Part shown: positions 37,713-50,615 of the stretch, piece by piece
Numbering within the stretch: position 1 is the first letter of the stretch
Layout: every line of letters begins with the position of its first letter
DNA from: Selaginella moellendorffii
Lineage: Eukaryota; Plantae; Lycopodiophyta
Direction: 5' to 3'
Length of the DNA stretch: 64,000 nt
Assembly (NCBI RefSeq): GCF_000143415.4
Contig: NW_003314289.1
Span: 1,048,787 to 1,112,786, forward strand
Position numbers and translations under genes: made by a program
Notes under the pieces: generated by a model
The model's input: only the letters and a program-made list of their open reading frames with translations
What the model was told of the DNA's origin: nothing
The model's database searches: none

Positions 37713-38719
37713 ATGGCGGACACTTTGTTGGTTCTCATGTTCCTGGCATTATGTGTGGTAAGCTTCACGAATTTCATGACTCTTTCGAATCAAATCCAAC
37801 TGATTGTGCTCTCCGCCAGGGGTACTTGGAGGGATTCCAACTTCCGCGCTCCATTCGTGAGAGGCTATCGCCCCTTGACGACGCTTCAGCGCTGCACATC
37901 AAGCAGGAACTCCAAGCTTCCAGCAGGATATCACACGAGTCGTGCAAAGCCGCTGGTCTCTTGTGCGGTGATGAACATCACTCCCTTCGTCAGCTCTTTC
38001 ACCACCACCATGACCATCACGACAGGAGCGCCATGGAATCCTCCACTCGAGATCTCGCCGAGAGGACCTTCTTTCAGCTCAAGACGCTTGTTGGTGCCAA
38101 GAACATACAGTTGCCACCGCCACTGCGTTGGGACAACTCCATCCCTGTGAGTAAATTCCTTCATCCGCTGCTAGAGCCTGTGCTTGCGTCCATGAATCTG
38201 TCCCAGCTCCTGTCCACCATGCACTTCTCGGGCCAGTCTCCATTCGCAGCGACGAGCAAGGATAGCCTGGAAATGTGCTCCTCCCACGGGGGGATCAAGC
38301 ACGAGATCAAGGCTTGTCACGTCTCGGCAAAGTCCATCCTGGATCAGGCCTCTTCGACCCTCCACAAGCTCGAGTTGAAGTATGTGGCCAACACTCTGGA
38401 GTTTGATCCGAACGAACCATTCCAGGTGGTAGAGACGAGGGTGGTGGCTGCAGATGGATCTCTGGCCTGTCACCCCATGACTTTCCCATTCGCCATCTTC
38501 ATGTGCCACACAATACCGAACAGTCTCGTGTTGGAGGTCGATCTACTGAGAAGTTCTTCCAAGAACACGAAGCCTGCCATGGTGAAAGTTCCTGCGGTTT
38601 GCCATATGGATACCTCTGATTTCGCGCCTTCTCATATCTCTTTTAAGATTCTTAACACCAGGCCGGGCGAGGGAGAGGTTTGTCACTGGCTTCCTACTTC
38701 TCATCTCGTGTGGTATTAA
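37713..38719 (+). CDS. Stand-alone BURP-domain protein 2 (314 aa; exons 37713-37757 and 37820-38719)
   Basis: Intact signal exon, GT-AG intron, four CH motifs and terminal W; near-identical to copy 1. Confidence 0.93.
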
Positions 38720-39749
38720 GCTCCAAGCCTGAATGCTAGAGTGAATATATAGTAAAGTTTGATCACAAGGAGAATAAGAATTATGTGGCACTCCATGCCT
38801 CAACCGTCTTTTAACGAGCCAGCTTGAGACTGAGGATCTTCTTCGCAGCGAAAGAAGAAGACGTGATCGACTCCAAGCTGAGCGTCCACTAGATCTCTCA
38901 TGAGGACCACAAAGGAGGGAGGGCCACAGTATTCCACATTTTTGTACGGGGCCGAGCTTGTGGGGCATCCGTGGAGACCATAGTTTGGAGCCAGATTGTT
39001 ATCCAAAGCTCCTGGCTAATAGCATTATATTGTGATGCTTCCCAAAGAAAGAATTGGGATTTGGCTGCTTGGCATCCTTCCATACCGGAATAAAGCTTCA
39101 GGATTTGCCTTCCTTGCCATACCAGAAGAAAGACTCAGGTTTTGGGAACATAACATTTTGATAAAAAAAACCATGGCTTGGTTCATTACAGTGCAATCTC
39201 AGTCCTTGATTTCTAGCAACAACTTCAATGTACACCAAGAAAGCCTTAATATATTGTACACGTTTCTCAACTTTGCAGAACATCAACTTTTTAAAAGCTC
39301 AACAGATTTCAACCTTGCAGGTCTCAACTTTGCAGATCTCAACTTTTCTTTGCAGGTCTCAACTTTGCAGGTCTCAACTTTGCAGAATATTAACTTTTTA
39401 AAAGCTCAACAGACGTCAGCCTTGCAGGTCTCAACTTTTCAGATCTCAACTTTGCAGGTCTCAACTTTGCAGAATATTAACTTTTTAAAAGCTCAACAGA
39501 CGTCAGCCTTGCAGGTCTCTACTTTTCAGATCTCAACTTTGCAGGTCTCAACTTTGCAGAATATTAACGCTGTAAATTAAGAGATCCTTGTCTTCTAGCA
39601 TAAGCGCAGCTGGTGTCATTCAATCATCCATGTGAAACATCACTTTCCAGCAAGTTTTCAATGACAATTTTGCAGACAAAGTTTAACAACGACGTCGACT
39701 CGTGCTCTACTTGTTTGGTATATTTCTACTTTAACTATAGACTTGGACT

Positions 39750-40588
39750 CACGGTGTTTGGTTCTCGTATTATGTGTATTTAGATTGACAACTCTTACAA
39801 TCAAATCAAAACGATTGTTCACGAGATTCCAGCTTCCACTCTCAATCCATGAGACCCTTACTACCAGGCAAGAAATCAAAGCTTCCCGCAGGATGTGACG
39901 TGAGTCGTGCAAAGCCGCCGGTCTATTGTGTGGTGATGAACATCACTCCCTTCATCAGCTCTTTCACCAGCCAGATTCAGCGAAAGTGAATCATTTTTTG
40001 TACATTGGACGCAAACATTTTTCCACTTTGCACAACTCTGTGGGGATAATAGGTTTTTGCACATTTGAAGGTAAGAATGCACGCTTGAGAGAGTGATTTT
40101 AAAATTTGGACATTCTTCAAACCCTGAGTGCAACCATTTCTGAAAAATCCTAAAGAATATTCTCCCACTGACTTTCATTTTGCTCAACACAACCAAATGA
40201 TGACGTCATTATTTTGCCTTTTTGATTCCGGACGAACGTGCAAGGATAACCTGGCGATATCCCAAGTCGCCGGGATCAAGCACCAGATCAAGTCTTATCA
40301 CATCTCCACAAAGTCCACTTCGACCCTTCCCAAGCTCGAGTTGGACACTCCAAAGGAACCATTCTAGGTGGTGGAGATGAAGGTGGTGGCTGCATCATGA
40401 CTTTCCCATTCGCCATCTTCATGTGGCACACGATACGGGAGAAGTTCTTCCAAGAAGACGAAGCCTGCCACGGTAAAAGCTCCAGCGGTTTGTCTCATGA
40501 TTTCGAACCTTCTCACATCTCTTTTAAGATTCTCAACAAGGTAGAGGTCTGTCACTGGCTTCCTACTTCTCATCTCGTGTGGTATTAA
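39750..40588 (+). pseudogene. Degenerate second BURP copy, unit 2
   Basis: MTFPFAIFMWHT...VCHWLPTSHLVWY with frameshifts. Confidence 0.85.
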
Positions 40589-40931
40589 GCTTCAAGCCTG
40601 CCAGGAAATGGAATGCATGATCGAAGCAACTACATAAAATTACCTTGAGTGGTAATCCCTTGTGAGTGTGAGATCGATCACAAGGAAAATAAAGACGTCG
40701 CTGTTCGTTTATCTCTTTGGATAGTTCCAACGCTAATCGAAAATAGATTGTGGAATAGAGTTCTCTTAGAGAGCGGCTACAAGGCAAACAAGGATAAATT
40801 TCTTCCGAGGTATAAATGCTTGCGCGAACCAGTCGACATCCCGTAACAGAATTAGATACGAGATTTGTCCCAAAACTCACTGACCTTTGTTTCTGTCAAA
40901 GTTTCATTTCACTTATTTTAGATACTTGTTA

Positions 40932-42773
40932 CTACGTGTTTGATTTCTTCACCTGTGGAAAGAAAAAAAGATCAAACAAAGAGAAAGAAGCGAACATTCA
41001 GTACCTTCTTCAGGTATAACTTATGGAACTTGAGCGCTTTTTGGCACGCTCGGTATGCGTCTATCTTGCCGCTCATATCGTTCAGAGCCTGCGACGTATA
41101 TTGTTACCAGGGAAATTGAGGAAAAAAGCAAAAGGATTAAACTGTTCCTCACCCTCACGACTTCGTCCAGGCCTTGAATTCTCTTTATAAACTTGGATCG
41201 TAGCAGCACCAAGATCCCGGCTACAAAGAAAACTGCCAGGGACGGATGCTCGTTGAGGGCTCTTGGCGATCCATACTTAATGTTCCGCTTTGCAAATCTA
41301 CCTCCAGCTCTATAGTCCGGCTGTACGTTGTCAATGTGACCATCCGGGGCCTCCATGTAGAGAATTTGAAGGTCGGGATGGTACTCGAAAGCCCACATCA
41401 TCTACAAAGAAAGAAAAGCTCACGTGGACGAAAGAACATAAACATTTCACAACGGTTGGACTTACCTCCCAGAGGCTGAGCGTATCAACGAACGAAAACT
41501 CCCGGCGAAAGTTAACCATGAGCATTCGAAACGCAAAAATATAGTTGCTCCCTCCAAGTGCATCTACAAAAAAAGGTCGGCAAACACCTTCATCTTCGAA
41601 ATCCTCACCTAGAGTTCTATGAAGCTTTGGATCGATTACTCGCATGGCAGCTGCGAGGAAGGAGAGCTCCTTCTGAACCCCCATCATCTTATTCGTGCAC
41701 CTGAAATTTTCCCGCTTGCCAACATCAAACGTGATAAACTTCAATGAACGGTACTAAGCGATATAAAATCTTGAGAAGCGCTTTGCAGAAAACGTACCAC
41801 TCGACGCATCAGGCACTTGAAGCACCAAAAGGCGTCAGCCTCGTCCGCGAAAAGGAGCACCATCGGCGAGCAAAGATCGCTCATACCTTGACAGTAGCCA
41901 ACCTCCTCGTCGATCCAAGCGTATACTGCCAGGATGTCCCAGAGCTTTCCCAAGTTCTTGGGATCCTCGTAAAACTCTAAAACTCTATCCGTGCGAACTA
42001 CATCCAGTCCTGCAAAGCGAAAGTGAGCTCTCTCTCTAGCACGCGAAACAGAAAAATAATCATACCAATCTGGTGGAGAAGAGCTTTCCACTGGACAATC
42101 TTTGCCCTCGGCGCTGGATCCAGCACGGCTTTTCAATAAATTCTGCTAATACTTGGACTGAAAGTGAAAAGCCCGAAGCAAACAAAGAAGTAACCACCTG
42201 GATTATTCTCCTCCATGGAAACTCCGTCGGCATTCATTCGCGGCGATATCACAACTTCACCACTTCCAACGGCCGCATCCATTCTTTTACACTCGGCCTT
42301 GAGCTTCAAATATTTGTCACTGTAAAAACCAACGCGGTTTCTCTCGCAGATCAAATCCAATCGATAAAACAGGCCAAAGTATCTACCGTCGCGATTGACG
42401 AAGCTCTTCCCTTTCGGCAGCATTGCTGCTGGGGGAGTAAACACCCAAAAGAAACTCCCAGACGTGAGCGCGAATCTCCGACGCAACGCCCTACAGGAAA
42501 GAAGAAGAGATTTCGCTACTGGAAATGCAGCACAAGATTTACCCCTCTTTCGATGTGCCGAAGAACTCGCTTCACATTGAGCCGCCCTTGCGCGTCAAAC
42601 GCAGCCCGCCATTTCTCCGCCGAGAGCTTCCTCCGCCTCCGCCTCTAAATCGGTCAAACCACAGCTCAGATCGACACAAATCCAGCCGAGAATCCGTCAC
42701 AAACCGGCGCGGAGCTCGTCGCCACATCCTGACACTCGCTCCGGACCCTGTAAATCTCGGAATCATCCTCCAT
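40932..42773 (-). pseudogene. TBC/Rab-GAP gene copy 2 (near full length, indels near 42100-42140; probably disrupted)
   Basis: MEDDSEIYRVRSECQDV start, TBC motifs, multi-exon; indels relative to copy 4. Confidence 0.65.
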
Positions 42774-42978
42774 AGAGAAGCCTTGCCTCTGCTCGCTCGT
42801 GCAGGCCAGCAGCGGCATCATGGATCGCACAGATCAACAGCCCGGCGCCTCCGCATTGTCGGACACTCTCTATAGAACCCTAAACTTAAGTAATCGTACG
42901 AATATGCTCCATTCCTTGCTCCGGTTCGAATCGCGTAGCTAACGTTTAAGTTTTATTCCACATTGTAACTATGTTGCC

Positions 42979-44633
42979 ATGGACAAAGCCCAGTGCGTGG
43001 AGCTCATTCGATCGTGCAAAAGCCTTCCAATGGCCCAGGAGATCCACAAACGCATCCAGGCGAATCCACCACTCTCACCACACGAGAGCCTCTTTGTCTC
43101 CAATAATCTCCTCGCACTGTTTAACCAGTTTGGCAGCCTCGTAAATGCCCGAAGCGTCTTTGATCGCATCGAGAACAAGGATGCTTTCTCGCTGGTTCTT
43201 ATGCTCTGCGGCTACTCTCGCAGCGGGCAAGTCTCCAATGCAAAAGCCATCTTTGATTCCATGCCCGAAAAGAATCTTACAAGCTGGAACGCTATGGTGG
43301 CAGCATATGCCAAGAATGGGTATATGGACGAGGCAGAACTACTGTTTCAAGAGATGCCATTTCATGATGCCGTGTCATGCAATACGCTCGTAGCTGCACA
43401 CTCGCAAAGAGGTCATTTGGATACTGCGAAGGGTATCTTTGATGACATGCTTTTTAAAACTCTACCATGCTGGAATGCCATGCTATCTGCATATGCCACA
43501 GGCTGGCATCTTGTACAAGCAAGACAGACATTTCACTCGATGCCTGCTCGAAATCTGATCTATTGGACATCATTCTTAAACGCACTAATCATGGAGGAAG
43601 ATCTTCAAATGACTAGAAAGTGTTTTAGCGAAATGCCCTGCTGGAATCTGTTTGCCTGTAACTCAGTACTTTCCGCATATGCCCGAAAGGGGAATCTTCT
43701 CGAAGCCATGCTAACCTTTGACACAATGCTCGAGAGGGATATAATCACTTACACAAACATGCTGGAAGCTTTCATCCACAACGGTTGCCTCTTTGAAGCC
43801 AGCAATTTCTTCTCGCGGATGCCACAGCGGGATCTTGTGGCCTACACCGTAATGCAATCGGCCTATGCTTAAAACGGCGAGCTCGAGAGAGCCGAGACCA
43901 TCTTCAACTCCATGCCGCAGCGTGATCTCGTCGCTTGGAACGCCATGATCGGGGCTTACTCCCAACACGGCCGAGTCGAGCAAGCAAAGTTTCTCTTTGA
44001 TTCCATGGCCGAGAGAAACTTGGTCTCCTGGACCTCAATGCTCACGCCTTACACAATAAGTGGCTACTTCTCGCAAGCAAAGCTCGTCTTTCTCGACATG
44101 TCCGAGCAAAACTCCGTCTCGTGGAATGCCATCCTTTGCATGTATGCTCAGCACGGCCATTTGAGCTCTGCAAGGAAGATTTTCGATGCCATGCCCGAGC
44201 AAGGAGTGGTATCATGGAGCGCCATGCTCGCTGCCCACGTAAGAAACTTGTCCTCTTCTCGTGCTCTCGAGCTCTTTGACGAGATGAAAGCTTTGCATTG
44301 TCCCGACGAAGCTAGCTTCTTCTCAGCTATGGTTTCGTTTGGGCAGCAAGGCTGCATCTCCAGAGCCAAGTCTTGCTTTTGTTCCATGGTGGCCGACTAT
44401 GAAGTGGCGCCATCAAAGCAGCACTACTCTTGCATGGTGGATTTGCTCGTTCGATCTGGGAGAAGTTTGGAGGCGTGTTTGCGATGCCTTTTGAGCCCAG
44501 TAACTTGGAATGGTCGTGCTTGCTGCGTGAAAGAAACTCCAGCTCGATGTTAACCACCAGAGGCAAGCATGCTTTAAGATCAAGTTCCTCGGATGGAGCG
44601 GTTTACGTGCTGCTTGCCAATGCATTAACTTGA
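42979..44633 (+). pseudogene. PLS-class PPR pseudogene
   Basis: Premature TAA at 43870-43872 (CAA in copy 4) and a frameshifting deletion near 44475. Confidence 0.85.
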
Positions 44634-46691
44634 AAGCTAATATGAAACCTGTACATTAAAAAGATGGCTCATTTCAAGGGCTTTATTTCACAATGGCACT
44701 TGAGTAAGTTTTGGTTTTGCTGTTGTGCCTCTATGTCTCCTTCAGTTTGGGTTGCCACACGGAAGAGGGCTGTGGTCGTTCTACGAGGCTGATGACCCCA
44801 ATGCTTCTCCGCTTGCTCTTGCTCAATGGAGGTTTTTGTTCAAGATAGACGCATCTATACTAGTAATACTAGCTTTGTACAAAAAGATGCAAAGAAGCTA
44901 GTTATTAATATTAGAGCTTGCTTCATTGTTTCAAAAAGTTGAGCGTCCACTAGATCTCTACCACAAAGGAGGGTCATCCCAGCGAAGTGGTGGCAACGAA
45001 CAAAGTCTAGGAATGCTGGCCCCTCCAATCCATCCGTGGACACCAAAGCTTAAGCTTTTGCTCCTATACCAAAAGAAAGAATCGGGATTTGGCTGCTCAT
45101 ACCAGAACAGAGCATTGGGACTGGCTTCCGTGCCAAACCATACATTTGAGAACATAACCTTGGTTCATTATAGTCGATGTTCTAACTTGTCTGAATGATA
45201 TATGTACTTCAGGCATCTACAGCACTTCAAATGCTCAAGGACAAAGGGGCCATACTGCAATCTCAGTCCTTGATTTCTAGCAACAAGGTAATGTACGCAT
45301 AGAAAAACGAATACACACCTTTTGCTCTTGTACCACAATGGAGCCTTTCTCGCACCACAGCCCTCGCCTTCGCTCACCTTAAACCCATATTTCAATTACC
45401 ACTACCCACCCTGCAGGCTTGAGATCGGGGCTATTATTATAGATTACTATTTTATTAAATTTTCTTAAATATCAAGAATGTATAATAAAAGATCCCTCTT
45501 GCTATATAAAACATCAGTTCAATGAGACAAAGTTTAAGAAATGTCACTCTTAAACTTTGTTTTTAATCAGTGTTTAATGTTAATTTTATTTATTAAAAAG
45601 GCAACCCCTCTCTCCCATTGTTGCCATCTTTTTGGATTTTCATAAAACCACTACGAGGAGTTAGGGGCTTGGCATTTAGCAAGCCAAGTCAAAAGGAGCC
45701 AAATTTCCTCTGTCTTTTAATAGATGCCCCTTTTACACCCCAAGCATTTGTGGCTAAATGCACTTTATGGCTAAGCTGAATGCCATTTAGGGCCTAATGG
45801 CACCGGTGGGCATTTTAGGCCCAGGTGGCGTGCGCTAGAGCCCCGGCTATTTGGCCCCCAACGGCACCCGTCTGTTCCGCTATTGGCCACCAAGCCTAAT
45901 TAAAAATTAAGAAAAAGTTCATAGTGTATTTTCCATTTGACAGAATATTCGGTCAACAGTGTTGACTTGCACTACACTTTTTACATACAAAATCCATATT
46001 ATCCTTTAAGTTAAAAGGCTCCACATTGACAAATCTGTAACAACCTCAATGGAGGAGAACTCTCACAAGGGAGACACCATTCCCCATCATTTCTCCTAAT
46101 ACACAATGGTTAGCATTTTAACATTAATGTCCAATAGTATCTCAATCTAAACAAGTCATTAGGTGCTACTTACATATGCTAAATAGTATATTAGAATATA
46201 TATTTAAAGATAAACCATTATGATATATCAGAAACTAAATTGCATAAAAAATAATAAAATGAAAGCAAACCACGTTCACAACAAAATATTAATACTAATG
46301 CCTCTTTTTGTTATTTTAAAATTGTGCTAGAGTTTATGGTTCACTTGCTCCTAAGAAAAATTTTACTGTCTACATGAAGATGTCTACATATTTATCTATG
46401 AAGAATGAGATTAGAAATAGATAGAAATGTTTCCTTGTGAGATTATAGGGTATTATTTGAATGCTTACAAATGATTCTGTTTATAACTTTTCAAGAAAAC
46501 CAATCAATGACAGGGTAACATGGTTAATTTAAACTGAATTATGTTTAAAGGTTAGAAGGACATTTTTTTCTGATTTGAAAGGGTTTTATTTTTTTTATTG
46601 TATTTTATTATCTTAATACATTACAGCTTTGCAAAATATCAACGCTGTATAGTAAGAGATCTTTGTCTCCTAGCATAAAGGATCTTCTTAG

Positions 46692-47254
46692 TCAAACGTC
46701 ACTTTCGAGGAAGGATTGGGGATTTGCTTGCTTCGCTTCCTTGTTATACAAGAGGATGGACTCGGGATTTGCCTGCTTCACTTCCTCGTTATACAAGAGG
46801 ATGGACTCGGGATTTCCCTGCTTCGCTTCCTCGTTATACAAGAGGATGGACTCGGGATTTGCCTGCTTCGCTTCCTCGTGATACAAGAGGATGGACTCGG
46901 GATTTGCCTGCTTCGCTTCCTTGTGATACAAGAGGATGGACTCGGGATTTGCCGGCTTCGCTTCCTTGTCATACAAGAGGATGGACTCGGGATTTGCCTG
47001 CTTCGCTTCCTTGTCATACAAGAGGATGGACTCGGGATTTGCCTGCTTCGCTTCCTTGTCATACAAGAGGATGGACTCGGGATTTGCCTGCTTTGCTTCA
47101 TTGGTGTACATTACCTCTCCAGGCACTTGCTTTTCATTGTCCTTGAGTGTACGTAGTGCTGCAGCTGCCTGAAGTACATATATCATTCAGAAAACTTAGA
47201 AGCAGAGATTGATCTCACCGTGAAAAACAAGAAGACTGTAATGAGCCACGCCAT
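46692..47254 (-). CDS. Burpitide-type precursor peptide 3 (170 aa; exons 47254-47219 and 47168-46692); ILLY x8
   Basis: Spliced signal peptide and 8 exact 15-aa repeats; the residue after Tyr is D, H or N. Confidence 0.9.
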
Positions 47255-47608
47255 GGTTTCTATCAAAATGTGGTGTTCTCAGAAGAAAAACTTAGCAGCG
47301 CGCTCACGGGAAGAGGCAACTAAGGCGGCGGCAGTGGTGGAGAAGGAGGAGCTGTTCCTGGAGCCAGACTCGATTCCATGTCCTTTTATAGTAAAGCTCT
47401 AATTCTTATTATCTTAATACATTAGAGCTTTGCAAAATATCAACGCTGTATAGAAAGAGATCCTTGTCTTCTAGCATAAAGGATCCAGCAAGTTGTCAAT
47501 GAAAATTTAAATTCGTCCTTATCTTTTATATATAGAAAAATACTGAACAAGTGGAAACATCACACCAGAGTTCATATTATAATTATAAACTTTGCAATTC
47601 CAGAACCC

Positions 47609-48627
47609 ATGGCAGACACTTTGTTGGTTCTCATGTTCCTGGCATTATGTGTGGTAAGCTTCACGAATTTCATGACTCTTTCGAATCAAATCCAACTGAT
47701 TGTGCTCTTCGCCAGGGATACTTGGAGGGATTCCAACTTCCACGCTCCATTCGTGAGAGGCTATCGCCCCTTGACGACGCTTCAGCGCTGCACATCAAGC
47801 AGGAACTCCAAGCTTCCAGCAGGATATCACACGAGTCGTGCAAAGCCGCTGGTCTCTTGTGCGGTGATGAACATCACTCCCTTCGTCAGCTCTTTCACCA
47901 CCACCATGACCATCACGACAGGAGCGCCATGGAATCCTCCACTCGAGATCTCGCCCAGAGGACCTTCTTTCAGCTCAAGACGCTTGTTGGTGCCAAGAAC
48001 ATACAGTTGCCACCGCCACTGCGCTGGGACAACTCCATCCCTGTGAGTAAATTCCTTCATCCGCTGCTAGAGCCTGTGCTTGCGTCCATGAATCTGTCCC
48101 AGCTCCTGTCCACCATGCGCTTCTCGAGCCAGTCTCCATTCGCAGCGACGAGCAAGGATAGCCTGGAAATGTGCTCCTCCCACGGGGGGATCAAGCACGA
48201 GATCAAGGCTTGTCACGTCTCGGCAAAGTCCATCCTGGATCAGGCCTCTTCGACCCTCCACAAGCTCGAGTTGAAGTATGTGGCCAACACTCTGGAGTTT
48301 GATCCGAACGAACCATTCCAGGTGGTAGAGACGAGGGTGGTGGCTGCAGATGGATCTCTGGCCTGTCACCCCATGACTTTCCCATTCGCCATCTTCATGT
48401 GCCACACAATACCGAACAGTCTCGTGTTGGAGGTGGATCTACTGAGAAGTTCTTCCAAGAACACGAAGCCTGCCATGGTGAAAGTTCCTGCGGTTTGCCA
48501 TATGGATACCTCTGATTTCGCGCTTCTCATATCTCTTTTAAGATTCTTAACACCAGGCCGGGCGAGGGAGAGGTTTGTCACTGGCTTCCTACTTCTCATC
48601 TCGTGTGGTATTAAGCTCCAAGCCTGA
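47609..48627 (+). pseudogene. BURP-domain protein 3 with a 1-nt deletion near 48522 that removes the 4th CH motif
   Basis: ttcgcgcttctc here versus ttcgcgccttctc in the other copies; reads DFALLISLL... instead of DFAPSHISF...VCHW. Could be a sequencing error. Confidence 0.8.
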
Positions 48628-49484
48628 ATGCTAGAGTGAATATATAGTAAAGTTTGATCACAAGGAGAATAAGAATTATGTGGCACTCCATGCCTCAACC
48701 GTCTTTTAATGAGCCAGCTTGAGACTGAAGATCTTCTTCGCAGCGAAAGAAGAAGACGTGATCGACTCCAAGCTGAGCGTCCACTAGATCTTTCATGAGG
48801 ACCACAAAGGAGGGAGGGCCACAGTAATCCACATCTTTGTATGGGGCCGAGCTTGGGGGGCATCCGTGGACACCATAGTTTGGAGCCAGATTGTTATCCA
48901 AAGGTCCTGGTTAATAGCATTATATTATGATTCTTCCCAGGTTTTACCAGAAGAAAGAATTGGGATTTGGCTGCTTGGCATCCTTCCATACCAGAACAAA
49001 GCTTCAGGATTTGGCTTCCTTGCCATGCCAGAAGAAAGGCTCAGGTTTTGGGAACATAACATTTTGATAAAAAAAACCATGGCTTGGTTCATTACAGTGC
49101 AATCTCAGTCCTTGATTTCTAGCAACAACTTCAATGTACACCAAGAGAGCCTTAATATATTATACACTTTTCTCAACTTTGCAGATCTCAACTTTGCAGA
49201 ATATCAACTTTTTAAAATCTCAACAGATCTCAACTTTGCAGATCTCAACTTCGCAGAATATCAAGTTTTAAAATCTCAACAGATCTCATCAGAAATCAAC
49301 TTTGCAGACAACGCTGTAAATTAAGAGATCCTTGTCTTCTAGCATAAATCGCAACTGGTGTCATTCCATCATCCACGTGAAACATCACTCTCCAGCAAGT
49401 TTTCAATGACAATTTTGCAGACAAAGTTTAACAATGACGTCGTACTTGTTTTGGTATATTTCTACTTTAACTATAGACTTGGAC

Positions 49485-50294
49485 TCACGCCGGACACTCG
49501 TTTGGTTCTCGTATTATGTGTATTAAGATTGACAACTCTTACAATCAAATCAAAACGATTGTTCACGAGATTCCATCTTCCACTCTCAATCCGTGAGGCC
49601 CTTATGACGCTTCAGCTCTGGCTATCAAGCAAGAAATCGAAGCTTCCGGCAGGATGTGACGTGAGTCGTGCAAAGCTTCCAGTCTATTGTGTGGTGACAT
49701 TAGCTCTTTCACCAGCCAGATTCAGCGAAAGTGAATAATTTTCTGTACATTGGACCCAAACATTTTTCCACTTTGCACAACTCTGTGGGGATAATAGGTT
49801 TTTGCATATTTGAAGGTAAGAGAGAGTGATTTTAAAATTTGGACATTCTTCAAACCCTGAGTGCAACCATTCCTAGAGAATATTCTCCCACTGATTTTTC
49901 TTAACACAACCAAATGACGACGTCATTATTTCGCCTTTTTGATTCCGGACGAACGTTTGGTGCAAGGATAACCTGGCGATGTCCCAAGTCGCCGACCAGA
50001 TCAAGTCTTATCACGTCTCCACAAAGTCCACTTCGACCCTTCCCAAGCTCGAGTTGGTGGAGACGAAGGTGGTGGCTGCATCGCCTGTCACCCCATGACT
50101 TTCCCATTCGCCATCTTCATGTGGCACACGATACGGGAGAAGGTGTTCCAAGAAGACGAAGCCACGGTGAAAGCTCCAGCGGTTTGTCTTATGATTTCGA
50201 ACCTTCTCACATCTCTTTTCAGATTCTCAACACCAGGCCCAGCGTGGTAGAGGTCTGTCACTGGCTTCTTACTTCTCATCTCGTGTGGTATTAA
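49485..50294 (+). pseudogene. Degenerate second BURP copy, unit 3
   Basis: Ends EPSHISFQILNTRPSVVEVCHWLLTSHLVWY; upstream frameshifts. Confidence 0.85.
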
Positions 50295-50615
50295 GCTCCA
50301 AGCCTGCCAGGAAATGGAATGCATGATCGAAGCAACTACATAAAATTACCTTGATTGGTAATCGCTTGTGCGTGTGAGATCGATCACAAGGAAAATAAAG
50401 ACGTCGTTGTTCGTTTATCTCTTTGGATAGTTCCAACGCTAATCGAAAATAGATTGTGGAATAGAGTCGGCTACAAGGCAAACAAGGATAAATTTCTTCC
50501 GAGGTATAAATGCTTGCGCGAACCAGTCGACACCCCGTAACAGAATTAGATACGAGATTTGCCCTGACCTTTGCTTCTGTCAAAGTTTCATTTCACTTAT
50601 TTTAGATACTTGTTA

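Noticed and set aside
47551-47715. Extended N-termini of the BURP ORFs (METSHQ..., MEHHTS..., MCGKLH...)
   Set aside because: Read-through of 5' UTR and intron from GTG or intron-proximal starts; the spliced MADTLLVL exon is conserved in all copies.
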